Position numbers and translations under genes: made by a program. Positions 9,169 through 17,072 of a stretch of 64,000 nucleotides of DNA are shown here, in pieces; position 1 is the stretch's first letter; each line of letters opens with the position of its first letter. The notes under the pieces are model-generated. The model was not told the DNA's origin. It saw nothing but the letters and a program-made list of their open reading frames with translations, and searched no databases. Origin of the DNA: a virus; IMG/VR virus record IMGVR_UViG_3300010371_000036, positions 1-64,000 of that record; one strand, written 5' to 3'.

Positions 9169-9516
9169 CTACTCGGCGTTCGGCACGGTCGGGTACGCGG
9201 GCCGGAACGCCTCCGGGAGCGTCACCGCGTCGTGGACCGGGTCGTCCTCCATCATCGCGTTGATCGCCCGACGCAGGCGCTCGTCGACCCCACGATGGCC
9301 GCGCCGCCGCGCGTCCTCGCGTTCCCGGACGAGGAGCGGGACAACGACGTGGAGGAGCCGGCGCTCCGGGCTATCCTCGACGCCCTCCTCGCTCGCCCGG
9401 AGCGCCAGGGCGATCCACTCCTCGCGGAACTTCCGCCGCCGGCGGCGAAGCCGCGCGTCCCTCACCGCGTAGCCCGCCGCGAACACGACCACGAACCAGA
9501 GAATCGTTTGGTACAT
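9169..9516 (-). CDS. hypothetical membrane-anchored protein
   Basis: N-terminal TM segment followed by a basic stretch. Confidence 0.6.
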   Translation of the reverse strand: MYQTILWFVVVFAAGYAVRDARLRRRRRKFREEWIALALRASEEGVEDSPERRLLHVVVPLLVREREDARRRGHRGVDERLRRAINAMMEDDPVHDAVTLPEAFRPAYPTVPNAE

Positions 9517-9574
9517 CCTGCCTGTGAGACCTCCGGCGGGAGACGCACCCCCGCCGGAGGTCCCGGATGCCGCG

Positions 9575-9661
9575 CTAGCGCCGGTTCCCGAGGAGGACGA
9601 TCGCGACGCCGCAGACCATGGCGACGACCACGCAGAGCCGCGCCGCGAGCTCGACGCTCAC
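9575..9661 (-). CDS. 28-aa transmembrane peptide (VSVELAARLCVVVAMVCGVAIVLLGNRR)
   Basis: GTG overlaps the upstream TGA, GC3-rich codons, fills the gap; below the ORF-track cutoff. Confidence 0.5.
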   Translation of the reverse strand: MSVELAARLCVVVAMVCGVAIVLLGNRR

Positions 9662-9903
9662 GGCCGCCACCGGAGGCTCGCCTCGCCCTGGGCGTCCATC
9701 GCCTCGACGGCGGCGCGCATGCGCGTCAGCGCCCCCGCGAGCTTGACGTTCACCCGCCGGACGACCGAGGCGATCTCCCCGGGCGCGAGCTCCGGGCGGG
9801 AGAGGGGGATCCGGAGCCGCGCCGCCACGGCGTCGTTCGCCGCGCGGTGCCAGGCCGCGACCAGCCGGAGGGGGGAGCCCGGCGGCGGAGGGGGGACGGT
9901 CAC
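9658..9903 (-). CDS. hypothetical protein
   Basis: Coupled GTGA overlaps. Confidence 0.5.
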   Translation of the reverse strand: MTVPPPPPGSPLRLVAAWHRAANDAVAARLRIPLSRPELAPGEIASVVRRVNVKLAGALTRMRAAVEAMDAQGEASLRWRP

Positions 9904-10061
9904 GGCCGGCCCCGGCGGGGCGGCGGGACGGTAGCCCGTTCCTCGCCCGCGGCGGTACCTAGGAGCGACGCCCAGGCCGGGGACGGGCTCTCCGCCGTCC
10001 GGACGCGGAGGACGCTCTGGGGGGCCTCCGGGGCCGGCGGGAGGATGGTGTAGACCCTCAT
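9900..10061 (-). CDS. hypothetical protein (MRVYTILPP...)
   Basis: ATGA overlap with the upstream gene. Confidence 0.45.
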   Translation of the reverse strand: MRVYTILPPAPEAPQSVLRVRTAESPSPAWASLLGTAAGEERATVPPPRRGRP

Positions 10062-10300
10062 CGGCCGGGGGTCTCGAGGTAGACGGGGCTCTCGTCCGCG
10101 GTCATGCCGGCGAGCTCCCACCAGTCGAGGCGGTTCTCGAGACCGATCTCCTCCCAGCCCGGGGGCGCGATCGCGAACTCCGGGGCGATCCGCGCCCGCT
10201 GCTTCTCGAAGAGCCGCTTCGCCTTCGCCCACTGCGCCGCGAGGAGGACGTCCTCGGTCGAGAACTCCCGCGTCACGAACCGACCGCGGGGGACGTTCAC
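10058..10300 (-). CDS. hypothetical protein
   Basis: Coupled overlaps, plausible composition. Confidence 0.6.
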   Translation of the reverse strand: MNVPRGRFVTREFSTEDVLLAAQWAKAKRLFEKQRARIAPEFAIAPPGWEEIGLENRLDWWELAGMTADESPVYLETPGR

Positions 10301-10497
10301 GACGCCGCCTTCCAGGTCCAGGAGAGGCGGTCCGCGCCGAACGTCGTCCCGCCGATGTAGATCCGCGCCGCGTTCCCGGCCGCGGCGATCCGCGCAGCCT
10401 TCTCGAGGACCTCCGTCTCCGGAACCGTATACGAGACCTTCCGCGCCTTCTTACCGAAACCCGCGGACCGCAGATACGTCACGTGAACGAACGCCAT
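10297..10497 (-). CDS. hypothetical protein (MAFVHVTYL...), first gene after promoter cassette 1
   Basis: GGAGGTTAGGGAG-ATG leader identical to that at 36372. Confidence 0.7.
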   Translation of the reverse strand: MAFVHVTYLRSAGFGKKARKVSYTVPETEVLEKAARIAAAGNAARIYIGGTTFGADRLSWTWKAAS

Positions 10498-10575
10498 CTC
10501 CCTAACCTCCACCCGGGCGCGCAGCCCGGACAAGAGAGACTCTAGCACTTTGGACAATGATGTCCAAAAGAATCG
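10498..10575 (-). promoter_or_regulatory. promoter/operator cassette 1: TTTGGACA-N4-TGTCCAAA (10549-10568), TTGGAC-17-TAGAGT, leader hairpin, SD
   Basis: One of four near-identical cassettes. Confidence 0.8.
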
Positions 10576-11154
10576 TCAGCGGGCGCGGCGGGGCGGGGGC
10601 GGGAGCTCGTCGCCGTAGTGCGTCCACGCCGGGTCCGGCGTCCCGTCCGGGAGGAGCCGCCGGCGCCGCGCGTGCATCTCCGCGTAGGGGCCGAAGCAGA
10701 GGTCCTCGACGAGGTCATAGAACGCGTCCGGCTTCCCGGAGTGCTCGCCCACCGGCGCGTCGAACGTGTCGAACGTGCTCCGGACCGAGAGCGACCGGAG
10801 GACCGGGCGGCCGCGCCGGAAGACGAGGCAGGTCTCGTGCTCGTTCCGCGCCGTCCGCCCCATCCCGAAGTGCCGGTTCCCGTTCTTCGTCCGCTTCACC
10901 CAGACGAGCTCCGCGCCCGTGTACTCGAAGCCCCAGGCCCGGCCGACCGCGAACGCCTCCTCCGCCATCGCGCCGACGCGCCAGAGGAAGAGGTGGCAGT
11001 CCTCGTGGAGGCGCGGGAGCTTCTCGGCGCAGATCGCCTCGATGCTCGCCGCCGTGGTCTTGTAGATCTTCCGGACGCCCCGGCGCGGCCCCGGGAGCTG
11101 GTCCCGGAACGGCCAGGCCGGGTCGCAAACAAGCACGCGCGGTAGGTCCCTCAC
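10576..11154 (-). CDS. MT-A70 family adenine methyltransferase
   Basis: DPAW (cf. DPPW), HLFLW, WGFEY, WVK, FGMG...RNEHE, HSGKP, EMHAR, GDE. Confidence 0.85.
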   Translation of the reverse strand: MRDLPRVLVCDPAWPFRDQLPGPRRGVRKIYKTTAASIEAICAEKLPRLHEDCHLFLWRVGAMAEEAFAVGRAWGFEYTGAELVWVKRTKNGNRHFGMGRTARNEHETCLVFRRGRPVLRSLSVRSTFDTFDAPVGEHSGKPDAFYDLVEDLCFGPYAEMHARRRRLLPDGTPDPAWTHYGDELPPPPRRAR

Positions 11155-12071
11155 TTCGCACCTCTCAGCTTCCAGGTCGAGTGCTCGCGCCACCCGTCGT
11201 GCTCGAGGACGCCGGCGCGCCGGAGCTCGAGGAGGCGCCCGTCGAGCCGCGAGCGGGGGATCCCGAGCGCCGCGCGGATCGCCGCGCTCCCGGAGGAGCC
11301 GGCGCCGCGGAGGTACTCGACGATCCGCGCCTTCTCCGCCTCGATCCCCGCCCGGCGCCCGGCCCGGGTGTAGGACGGAACCCGGGTTCCGTCCGCGGGG
11401 CGGACCCTCGGCATCCGCGCCGTCTCCCGCGCGTCGACGAGCGCCTGAGCCTCCCGGAGCGGGACGCCCTCGAGGTAGAGCCCCGCGACCTCCTCGGCCC
11501 AGGCGTCGGCCTCCGCGTCGAACTCCTCGCCGAGGAAGTCGCTCGCCCGCCCCTCGCTCTTCCGCGAGTCCTCCCCGCCGCCGTTCTCCCCCTCCGCCTC
11601 CGCGAAGGAGGGGGCCTCGTTCATCCGCTCGCGGAGGTAGTCGACGAACGCCTCCCGCTCGCCGGGCGTCAGCTTCCGGAGGAGCCGCTCGAGGGCGCGG
11701 ACCTCGAGCTGTCGGACCCGCTCGCGGCTCATGTTCATCAGGCCGGCGATCTCCTCGAGCGCCGCGCCGCCCCGGTCCGCGACGTCGAGCGCGCACGACT
11801 CGGGCATGTCCTCGACCTCGCGCGACGGGAAGTTCCAGACGATCGTGTCGCCGCGCACCCCCGCGACGTCGAGGTAGAGGTGGTAGCGACACGAGACCAT
11901 GGGGCACGGCCGGCTCGTCCCCCGACAGTCCTCGCGGCCGGCGGGGAGCGCGTGGTCCGTCCCGTCCCGGAGGACGGGGAGACGCCGGCGACTCCGCCAG
12001 ACCCCGGAGTCGTCCCCCCGGACCCTCTCGCGCCGCGGGGCGCCCGCGCGGGTCCTCCTCGCGGCGCTCAC
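11151..12071 (-). CDS. Cys-rich sigma-70 region-4-like HTH DNA-binding protein with a C-terminal winged HTH
   Basis: DCRGTSRPCPMVSCRYHLYLDV...CALDVADRGGAALEEIAGLMNMSRERVRQLEVRAL. Confidence 0.8.
   Translation of the reverse strand: MSAARRTRAGAPRRERVRGDDSGVWRSRRRLPVLRDGTDHALPAGREDCRGTSRPCPMVSCRYHLYLDVAGVRGDTIVWNFPSREVEDMPESCALDVADRGGAALEEIAGLMNMSRERVRQLEVRALERLLRKLTPGEREAFVDYLRERMNEAPSFAEAEGENGGGEDSRKSEGRASDFLGEEFDAEADAWAEEVAGLYLEGVPLREAQALVDARETARMPRVRPADGTRVPSYTRAGRRAGIEAEKARIVEYLRGAGSSGSAAIRAALGIPRSRLDGRLLELRRAGVLEHDGWREHSTWKLRGAK
11374..11393. repeat. 20-bp palindrome copy 4, in a CDS linker (DGTRVPS)
   Basis: GACGGAACCCGGGTTCCGTC. Confidence 0.97.
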
Positions 12072-12418
12072 TCCGACCGGCTCACGGTCGGGACGCAGTA
12101 CCCCTCGCCCCCGAAGTCGTCCGCCCGGCCGCTCGGGAGGACGAGCTTCACGGCCGCGCCGCGCGGGTCGCTGTTGAACTTCACGGTTACGGGCTTGTCG
12201 CGCAGCGTGAAACGAACCCGTCGCTGGAGCCAGATGACCCGGGCCTGGTGCTCCCGCATGTCGACGATCGGCTCGTTGCACTCCCGGAGGTAGAGCGCGT
12301 AGAGCTCCGTCGAGAGGTCAATGAGCCGGCGCGCCAGAACGCCCACCTTCTCCGGGCTCTTCTCGATCTCCGCTAGGACGGCCCCGAACTCTGCCACCTC
12401 GCTCACCTTGATCGGCAT
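12068..12418 (-). CDS. hypothetical phage protein (FNSDPRG motif)
   Basis: Clean ORF with coupled overlap. Confidence 0.7.
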   Translation of the reverse strand: MPIKVSEVAEFGAVLAEIEKSPEKVGVLARRLIDLSTELYALYLRECNEPIVDMREHQARVIWLQRRVRFTLRDKPVTVKFNSDPRGAAVKLVLPSGRADDFGGEGYCVPTVSRSE

Positions 12419-12439
12419 CGTGCTGACCTAGTTGCCGCG

Positions 12440-13165
12440 CTAGTCACGAATGGCGACCCACCCGGCGAAGTTCATCCAGCGCCAGAAGCAGTCGACGGCG
12501 CGGAACCCCGCCTGCCGGAGGATGTCCTCGTTCCAGCGAGCGGTCACCGGGACGAGGACCCCCTCGAGCGCGCGCCGCTTGCGCTCGATCTCCTCGCTGC
12601 CGTACCCGTTCGCACCCTTCAGCTCGTGGTAGCGCCCGACCATGAGGGAGTCGACGTCCGCCGACTCCCCGAGCACCTTCTCGACGAGCACGAACACGCC
12701 ACCCGGCGCGAGGCGCTGGTAGACGTCCCTCACGATCCCCTGGCGATAGTTGATCGGCACGAACTGGAGCGTGAGCACCGAGAGCACCGCGGCGCACCCT
12801 GAAGACCACGCCCGGTCCGCCGGCTCGCGGAGATCCCAGTCGCGGACGAGGACGTTCTGGCGACCCTCGAAGCGACGCCGGAGAACGTCGAGCATCGGTG
12901 GCGATCGCTCGATCGCCCAGAACTGCCGCACCGCCGACGACCTCTCGACGAGGGCCGCGATCGCGTCCCCGCGCGAGCTCCCGAGGTCGACGACGTCGCC
13001 GGGCAGCACGTCGAGGAACCCCATCGTGATGTCCTCGACGGACCGGCGCATGACGCCGTACTGCGGGATCGACCGCTCGAGCATATCCGGGAAGACGTCG
13101 ACGACCCCGGCGTCGAACTCCCACTTCTCACCGGACGGGACGTGCTTGACGCTTGATTCACTCAT
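12440..13165 (-). CDS. cmoA: carboxy-S-adenosylmethionine synthase (CmoA-like)
   Basis: WEFDAGVVDVFPDMLERSIPQY, DLGSSRG, LTLQF, PGGVFVLVEK, KGANGYGSEEIERKRRALEGVL, AGF...FWRWMNF match CmoA along the whole length. Confidence 0.88.
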   Translation of the reverse strand: MSESSVKHVPSGEKWEFDAGVVDVFPDMLERSIPQYGVMRRSVEDITMGFLDVLPGDVVDLGSSRGDAIAALVERSSAVRQFWAIERSPPMLDVLRRRFEGRQNVLVRDWDLREPADRAWSSGCAAVLSVLTLQFVPINYRQGIVRDVYQRLAPGGVFVLVEKVLGESADVDSLMVGRYHELKGANGYGSEEIERKRRALEGVLVPVTARWNEDILRQAGFRAVDCFWRWMNFAGWVAIRD

Positions 13166-14562
13166 GGCTTCCAACCTCCGAACCTGTCCTGGTGAGCACG
13201 CGCGTAGAGGGCGCGGGGATCGGCGATCTGCGACTCGATCGCGCGCTTGAGGCCCATCCCGTCCTGGAACGCGACCTTCGGTCGGCGCAAGACGCTCTCC
13301 GGCAGGAGCCCGCGCATCGCGTCCCGGAGGACCGCCTTCGTCACGCTCCCGCGCTGCACGAGCGGGCGCTCAAACGAGAGCACCCGCTCGACGAGCGCCG
13401 GGTTCAAGAACGGCAGGCGGCACTCGACCGAGCTCCGCATGAAGACCTTGTTCGCCCGCGGGAAGTTCTTGCGCGACTGACCGAGGAAGGACTCCTTCCG
13501 GAAGCCGTGCCAGCCGCGCGTCTGGATCCCGTGGTAGGCGAACCCGTACGACCCGAAGAGCTCGTCGGCACCCTCCCCGGAGAACGTCACCTTGAAGCCG
13601 TCCGCGCTCATGCGCTCCGCGAGCTTCATGCACGCCCAGGCGATCTCCACCTGCGACTTGAACGGCATCTCGATCGCGTCGACGACGCGCGCGAGGTCCT
13701 CCGCGCTCGGGCACTCGACCGGGACCTCGACCAGCCGGACGCCGAGCATCTCCGCCGTCTCGCGCGCGCCCCGCAGGTCCCGGGACTTCGCGTCGAAGAC
13801 TGCCGTATACGCGACGAGATCCGGCACGTGCGGCCGGAGCAGCGCGGCGATCGCCCCGGAGTCGACCCCGCCCGAGAGCAGCGCGCACACCGGGACGTCG
13901 GCGATCCTCCGCTCCTCGACGCTCGCGCGGAGGAGCCCCAGGAGCTCCTCCGCGGCCTCCTCCGGCTCCGCCGCCTTCGGCAGCGCGGGGACGTCGACCC
14001 AGCGCCTCGAGCGCACGCGACGACCGTCCGACTCGACGATCTCCCCCGGCCCGACGTCCACGATCCGCGTCGGGTCCGCGCCGAGGGCGAGGAGGGCCCG
14101 CGCCTCGCTCGCGAAGTAGAGCGGCGCCTGCGCCGCGTAGTGGAGCGGGACCTCGCCGAAGCGGTCGCGCGCCAGCCGGACCCACTCCCCGTCGCCGCTC
14201 GTCCAGGCGATCGCGAACATCCCGTTGAACTTCGGGAGCGCAGCGTCACCCCAGCGCGCGAGGGCGGCCGCGACGACCTCCGTGTCCCCCGGAGTCCGGA
14301 ACTCCTCACCGAGCGCCGTGAGCTCAGCGCGGAGCTCCCGGTAATTCCAGAGCTCCCCGTTGTACGCGAGCGTGAGCTGCCCCCGCTTGAACGGCTGCGC
14401 GGAGCGATCGTCGAGGTCGATGATCGCGAGACGGGCGTGACCGAGCACCACCGCGCCGTCGGTGACGACCGCCTGCGCGTCCGGGCCTCGGTGCCGGATC
14501 GTCTGGAGGGCGCGCTCCACGGCGGACGCGGCGCCGCCGACGGTCCCGACGATCCCGCACAT
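13162..14562 (-). CDS. asnB: asparagine synthetase B-like glutamine amidotransferase / ATP-dependent amide ligase
   Basis: MCGIVG, HRGPD, GHARLAIID, YNGELWN, NGMFA, RDRFG, LSGGVDS, SGEGADELFGSY, RLPFL. Confidence 0.93.
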   Translation of the reverse strand: MCGIVGTVGGAASAVERALQTIRHRGPDAQAVVTDGAVVLGHARLAIIDLDDRSAQPFKRGQLTLAYNGELWNYRELRAELTALGEEFRTPGDTEVVAAALARWGDAALPKFNGMFAIAWTSGDGEWVRLARDRFGEVPLHYAAQAPLYFASEARALLALGADPTRIVDVGPGEIVESDGRRVRSRRWVDVPALPKAAEPEEAAEELLGLLRASVEERRIADVPVCALLSGGVDSGAIAALLRPHVPDLVAYTAVFDAKSRDLRGARETAEMLGVRLVEVPVECPSAEDLARVVDAIEMPFKSQVEIAWACMKLAERMSADGFKVTFSGEGADELFGSYGFAYHGIQTRGWHGFRKESFLGQSRKNFPRANKVFMRSSVECRLPFLNPALVERVLSFERPLVQRGSVTKAVLRDAMRGLLPESVLRRPKVAFQDGMGLKRAIESQIADPRALYARAHQDRFGGWKP

Positions 14563-15923
14563 CAGCGCGGGACCTTGAAGATCTTGTCTCGGATCGCCGC
14601 CGCGACCGCGCGCATCATCACCGGTGGGACCGCACGGCCGCACCGCTCCCACTGCTGCGCGTACGTCCCCGCCAGGATGAAGTCGTCCGGGAAGGAGCAG
14701 ATCCGCCGGAGCTCGGCGATCGTGAACTTCCGGATCTCCGTCGGGTGCTCGGCCGACGCCTCTTCCTCGACCTTGTAGTGGCACGAGTTGAGGGAATCGA
14801 CGCCGACCGTGATCGCCGGGCACGGACGGTCCGTGATCGTCACGTCTTGCGCGAATGCCCCAGACGTATCGTGCGCGTCGCGCACGATACGCGCCTCCAC
14901 CGTCGAGGGCGGACTCCGACCGTTCCCCGAACTCGGCCCCGCACCGATCGTCTGCGACGGGTTCGTGCTCGAATGCCAGGCGCTCGTCCCGTACGGCGAG
15001 TTCGCCATCTGCCGGGTCACGTGCGGCAGCGCGTCGCGGATCGAGTACCTGTACGGGAGCGGCTCCGGGTGCACCGGGTCGAGCCCGAGGTCCGTGCGCA
15101 CGCCGACGAAGATGACGCGCTGCCGGCACTGCGGCACCCCGAGCCACTGCGCGTCGAGCAGGCGCGCCTTGACGCGGTACCCGCACGCCTCGAGCGCCGC
15201 GTGAATCTCCTTGAAGTACCCCTTCGCGACCCCGCGCACGAGACCCGCGACGTTCTCCGCGACGAAGACCTTCGGCTGGAGACCCTTCAGGATCCGCGCG
15301 TACTCGAAGAAGAGGTCGTCGGTCCGCTGCTGCGTGTCCGAGTACGTCTTCTCCTTGCCCCAGTGCTTCTCCCGCTTGCCGGCCGTCGAGAAGCTCGCGC
15401 ACGGCGGGGAACCGTCGAGCACGTCGAGCTCTCCCACCTCGAGACCCGTCGCCGCGAGGATGTCCTCCGCCGTCACCGTGCGAATGTCACGCCCGTCGAG
15501 GATGGTCGACGGGAAGTTCGCGGCGTACGTCTCGCGCGCCATCTCGACGAACTCGCTCGCCCAGACGACCTTCATCCCGGCCATCGCGTAGCCGAGGCTC
15601 GAGCCGCCCCCTCCAGAGAAGAGGCTAACGACCTTGAGACCCGTCGGCGGGAGCGCTCGGATCTCCTCCATCGACGGGACTCGATACGGCGGCTTCTCCC
15701 GCGGCACGACACCCGGCGACGAGGCCACCGTAGAGGTCTCGGACAGCGCCGGCTTCGACGCGCTCGACGATGACGCGCTCTCGCTCAGGGTCGTAGACCG
15801 CGACCCCGAGCGCCGCTTTGCGGTGCGCGATGGCGATCGACTTCCGGAGCCGGATGCGGAGGAGGGAGACGATCGCCGCGTCGATCGCGTCGAGGTCACG
15901 GCGGGCTTCTTCGACTTGGGCAT
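14562..15923 (-). CDS. C5-cytosine DNA methyltransferase homolog, predicted carboxymethyltransferase (start ATG 15923 or GTG 15707)
   Basis: Motif I FSGGGG, IV GSPPCASFS, VI ENVAGL, VIII PQCRQR; motif X reads GRAVPP instead of GNAVPP. Confidence 0.92.
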   Translation of the reverse strand: MPKSKKPAVTSTRSTRRSSPSSASGSGSRSPSRTAKRRSGSRSTTLSESASSSSASKPALSETSTVASSPGVVPREKPPYRVPSMEEIRALPPTGLKVVSLFSGGGGSSLGYAMAGMKVVWASEFVEMARETYAANFPSTILDGRDIRTVTAEDILAATGLEVGELDVLDGSPPCASFSTAGKREKHWGKEKTYSDTQQRTDDLFFEYARILKGLQPKVFVAENVAGLVRGVAKGYFKEIHAALEACGYRVKARLLDAQWLGVPQCRQRVIFVGVRTDLGLDPVHPEPLPYRYSIRDALPHVTRQMANSPYGTSAWHSSTNPSQTIGAGPSSGNGRSPPSTVEARIVRDAHDTSGAFAQDVTITDRPCPAITVGVDSLNSCHYKVEEEASAEHPTEIRKFTIAELRRICSFPDDFILAGTYAQQWERCGRAVPPVMMRAVAAAIRDKIFKVPR

Positions 15924-15948
15924 CGAGGATCAGAACTGGAAGTGGCAT
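15625..15948 (-). CDS. chorismate mutase (AroQ/type II), overlapping its neighbours
   Basis: EEARRDLDAIDAAIVSLLRIR...IAHRK...VAVYDPERERVI matches the AroQ pattern R-x2-ID-x-ID-x2-I-x2-LL-x2-R...K...DPxRE. Confidence 0.8.
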   Translation of the reverse strand: MPLPVLILDAQVEEARRDLDAIDAAIVSLLRIRLRKSIAIAHRKAALGVAVYDPERERVIVERVEAGAVRDLYGGLVAGCRAAGEAAVSSPVDGGDPSAPADGSQGR

Positions 15949-16460
15949 CGGGGGCACTCCCGCGCGAGGTGCATCCCGCCCGGCTCGAGGTTCTTGAACT
16001 CCGGCGGGGCGCTCGGGGGCTCGATGCGCGCCAGGAGCAAGTCGAGGTCCTTGTCCTCGTAGTTCGTCGCGAGGAGGTCCCCGTCGTCGCGGAGCGCCTT
16101 GAGCAGCGACGCGAGCTGCACGTCGTCGTAACTCGCGAGGTCGCTCGTCCGGTTGTCGAGCGCCAAGATCTTCCGGGCCTGGCGCTCGGTGAGCGAGTGG
16201 AGCTCGACGGGGATCTTCTTCATCCCGAGCTCCTTCGCCGCCTTCCAGCGGTGGGAGCCGACGAGGATCTGATTCGTCTCCTGCCAGACGAACACCCGCC
16301 CGTAGAACCCGACCTCCTCGATGCTCCGCTTGATCGCCGGGACGTTCCCGCGCCGGGCGTTCTCCGGGTGGGGGGCGATTGCGTCGATCGCGACGACCTT
16401 CTTCACCCCCTCGAGGATCTGCGGGATAGGCGCCTTCGTCTTCTTCTCAGCTCTCGCCAT
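15930..16460 (-). CDS. ParB/Srx-like N-terminal domain protein with a C-terminal CPxC
   Basis: PHPENARRG, IKRSIEEVGF, ILVGSHRWKAAKELG, LALDNRTSDLA. Confidence 0.85.
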   Translation of the reverse strand: MARAEKKTKAPIPQILEGVKKVVAIDAIAPHPENARRGNVPAIKRSIEEVGFYGRVFVWQETNQILVGSHRWKAAKELGMKKIPVELHSLTERQARKILALDNRTSDLASYDDVQLASLLKALRDDGDLLATNYEDKDLDLLLARIEPPSAPPEFKNLEPGGMHLARECPRCHFQF

Positions 16461-16499
16461 GTGATTACGCTTCAGTCTGCTGCGCGGATACCCCCGTCG

Positions 16500-17072
16500 T
16501 CAACGTCCGAGGTAGAGGGCCGTCGCCCCGACCTCGCTCAGGCCGAAGCAGGCGATCGCCACCGCGTCGCACTCGTCGCTGTTGAACCGCGCCCCCGCGG
16601 CCCCGAACGCGAGCTGGACGGCGAGCTTCCGATCCGTCCCCCGGGGGATGACCCCGAGGAGCTGCTTCCGGACCATCGCCTCGGCGACCGGGTAGAGCGT
16701 GACGCCGTGCCGGCGCCGGAGCTCGAGGCGGATCGCCATCCCGAGCTCCGGGAGCTGGTGGGCGCCCGCCCCTCCGGCGTTGAAGCCGTAGTTCTCGACG
16801 AACCCGGCGACGCGACCGCCGCCCGGCTCGACCCGGAGCTGGTCGAGGAAGTCCCCGACGGCGCCGGCGATCGACTCGATCCGCGCACACCGCGCATCCT
16901 CGTACTCGAGGACCGAGAGCGCCTTCCGGTCCGGCGGCTTCGTCGGGTAGGACATCGTCCGGACCGAGGACCAGTCCCCGAGGAGCCAGTGGGGAGGGAG
17001 GAGCGCCGCCGCCGTGCGCGTCAGCGACGCGTCGACGCCGAGCACCCAGGGGAACCTCTCGCGGCGGCTCAC
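16500..17072 (-). CDS. ruvC: RuvC-like Holliday junction resolvase
   Basis: VLGVDASLTRTA, VENY, ELG, DECDAVAIA. Confidence 0.75.
   Translation of the reverse strand: MSRRERFPWVLGVDASLTRTAAALLPPHWLLGDWSSVRTMSYPTKPPDRKALSVLEYEDARCARIESIAGAVGDFLDQLRVEPGGGRVAGFVENYGFNAGGAGAHQLPELGMAIRLELRRRHGVTLYPVAEAMVRKQLLGVIPRGTDRKLAVQLAFGAAGARFNSDECDAVAIACFGLSEVGATALYLGR

Noticed and set aside
12440-13165. CmoA as a tRNA-modification auxiliary gene
   Set aside because: No CmoB and no tRNA seen in the window; it is translationally coupled to the AsnB-like and DNA C5-transferase genes.
13162-14562. AsnB as an ordinary asparagine-biosynthesis gene or a lasso-peptide cyclase
   Set aside because: The context is DNA modification, and no lasso precursor or B protein is visible. 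Asn synthesis cannot be excluded without an assay.
15930-16460. ParABS partition system with the palindrome as canonical parS
   Set aside because: No ParA in the window, the protein lacks an evident HTH, and the palindrome does not match the GTTTCACGTGAAAC-type consensus. Kept only as one candidate binder.
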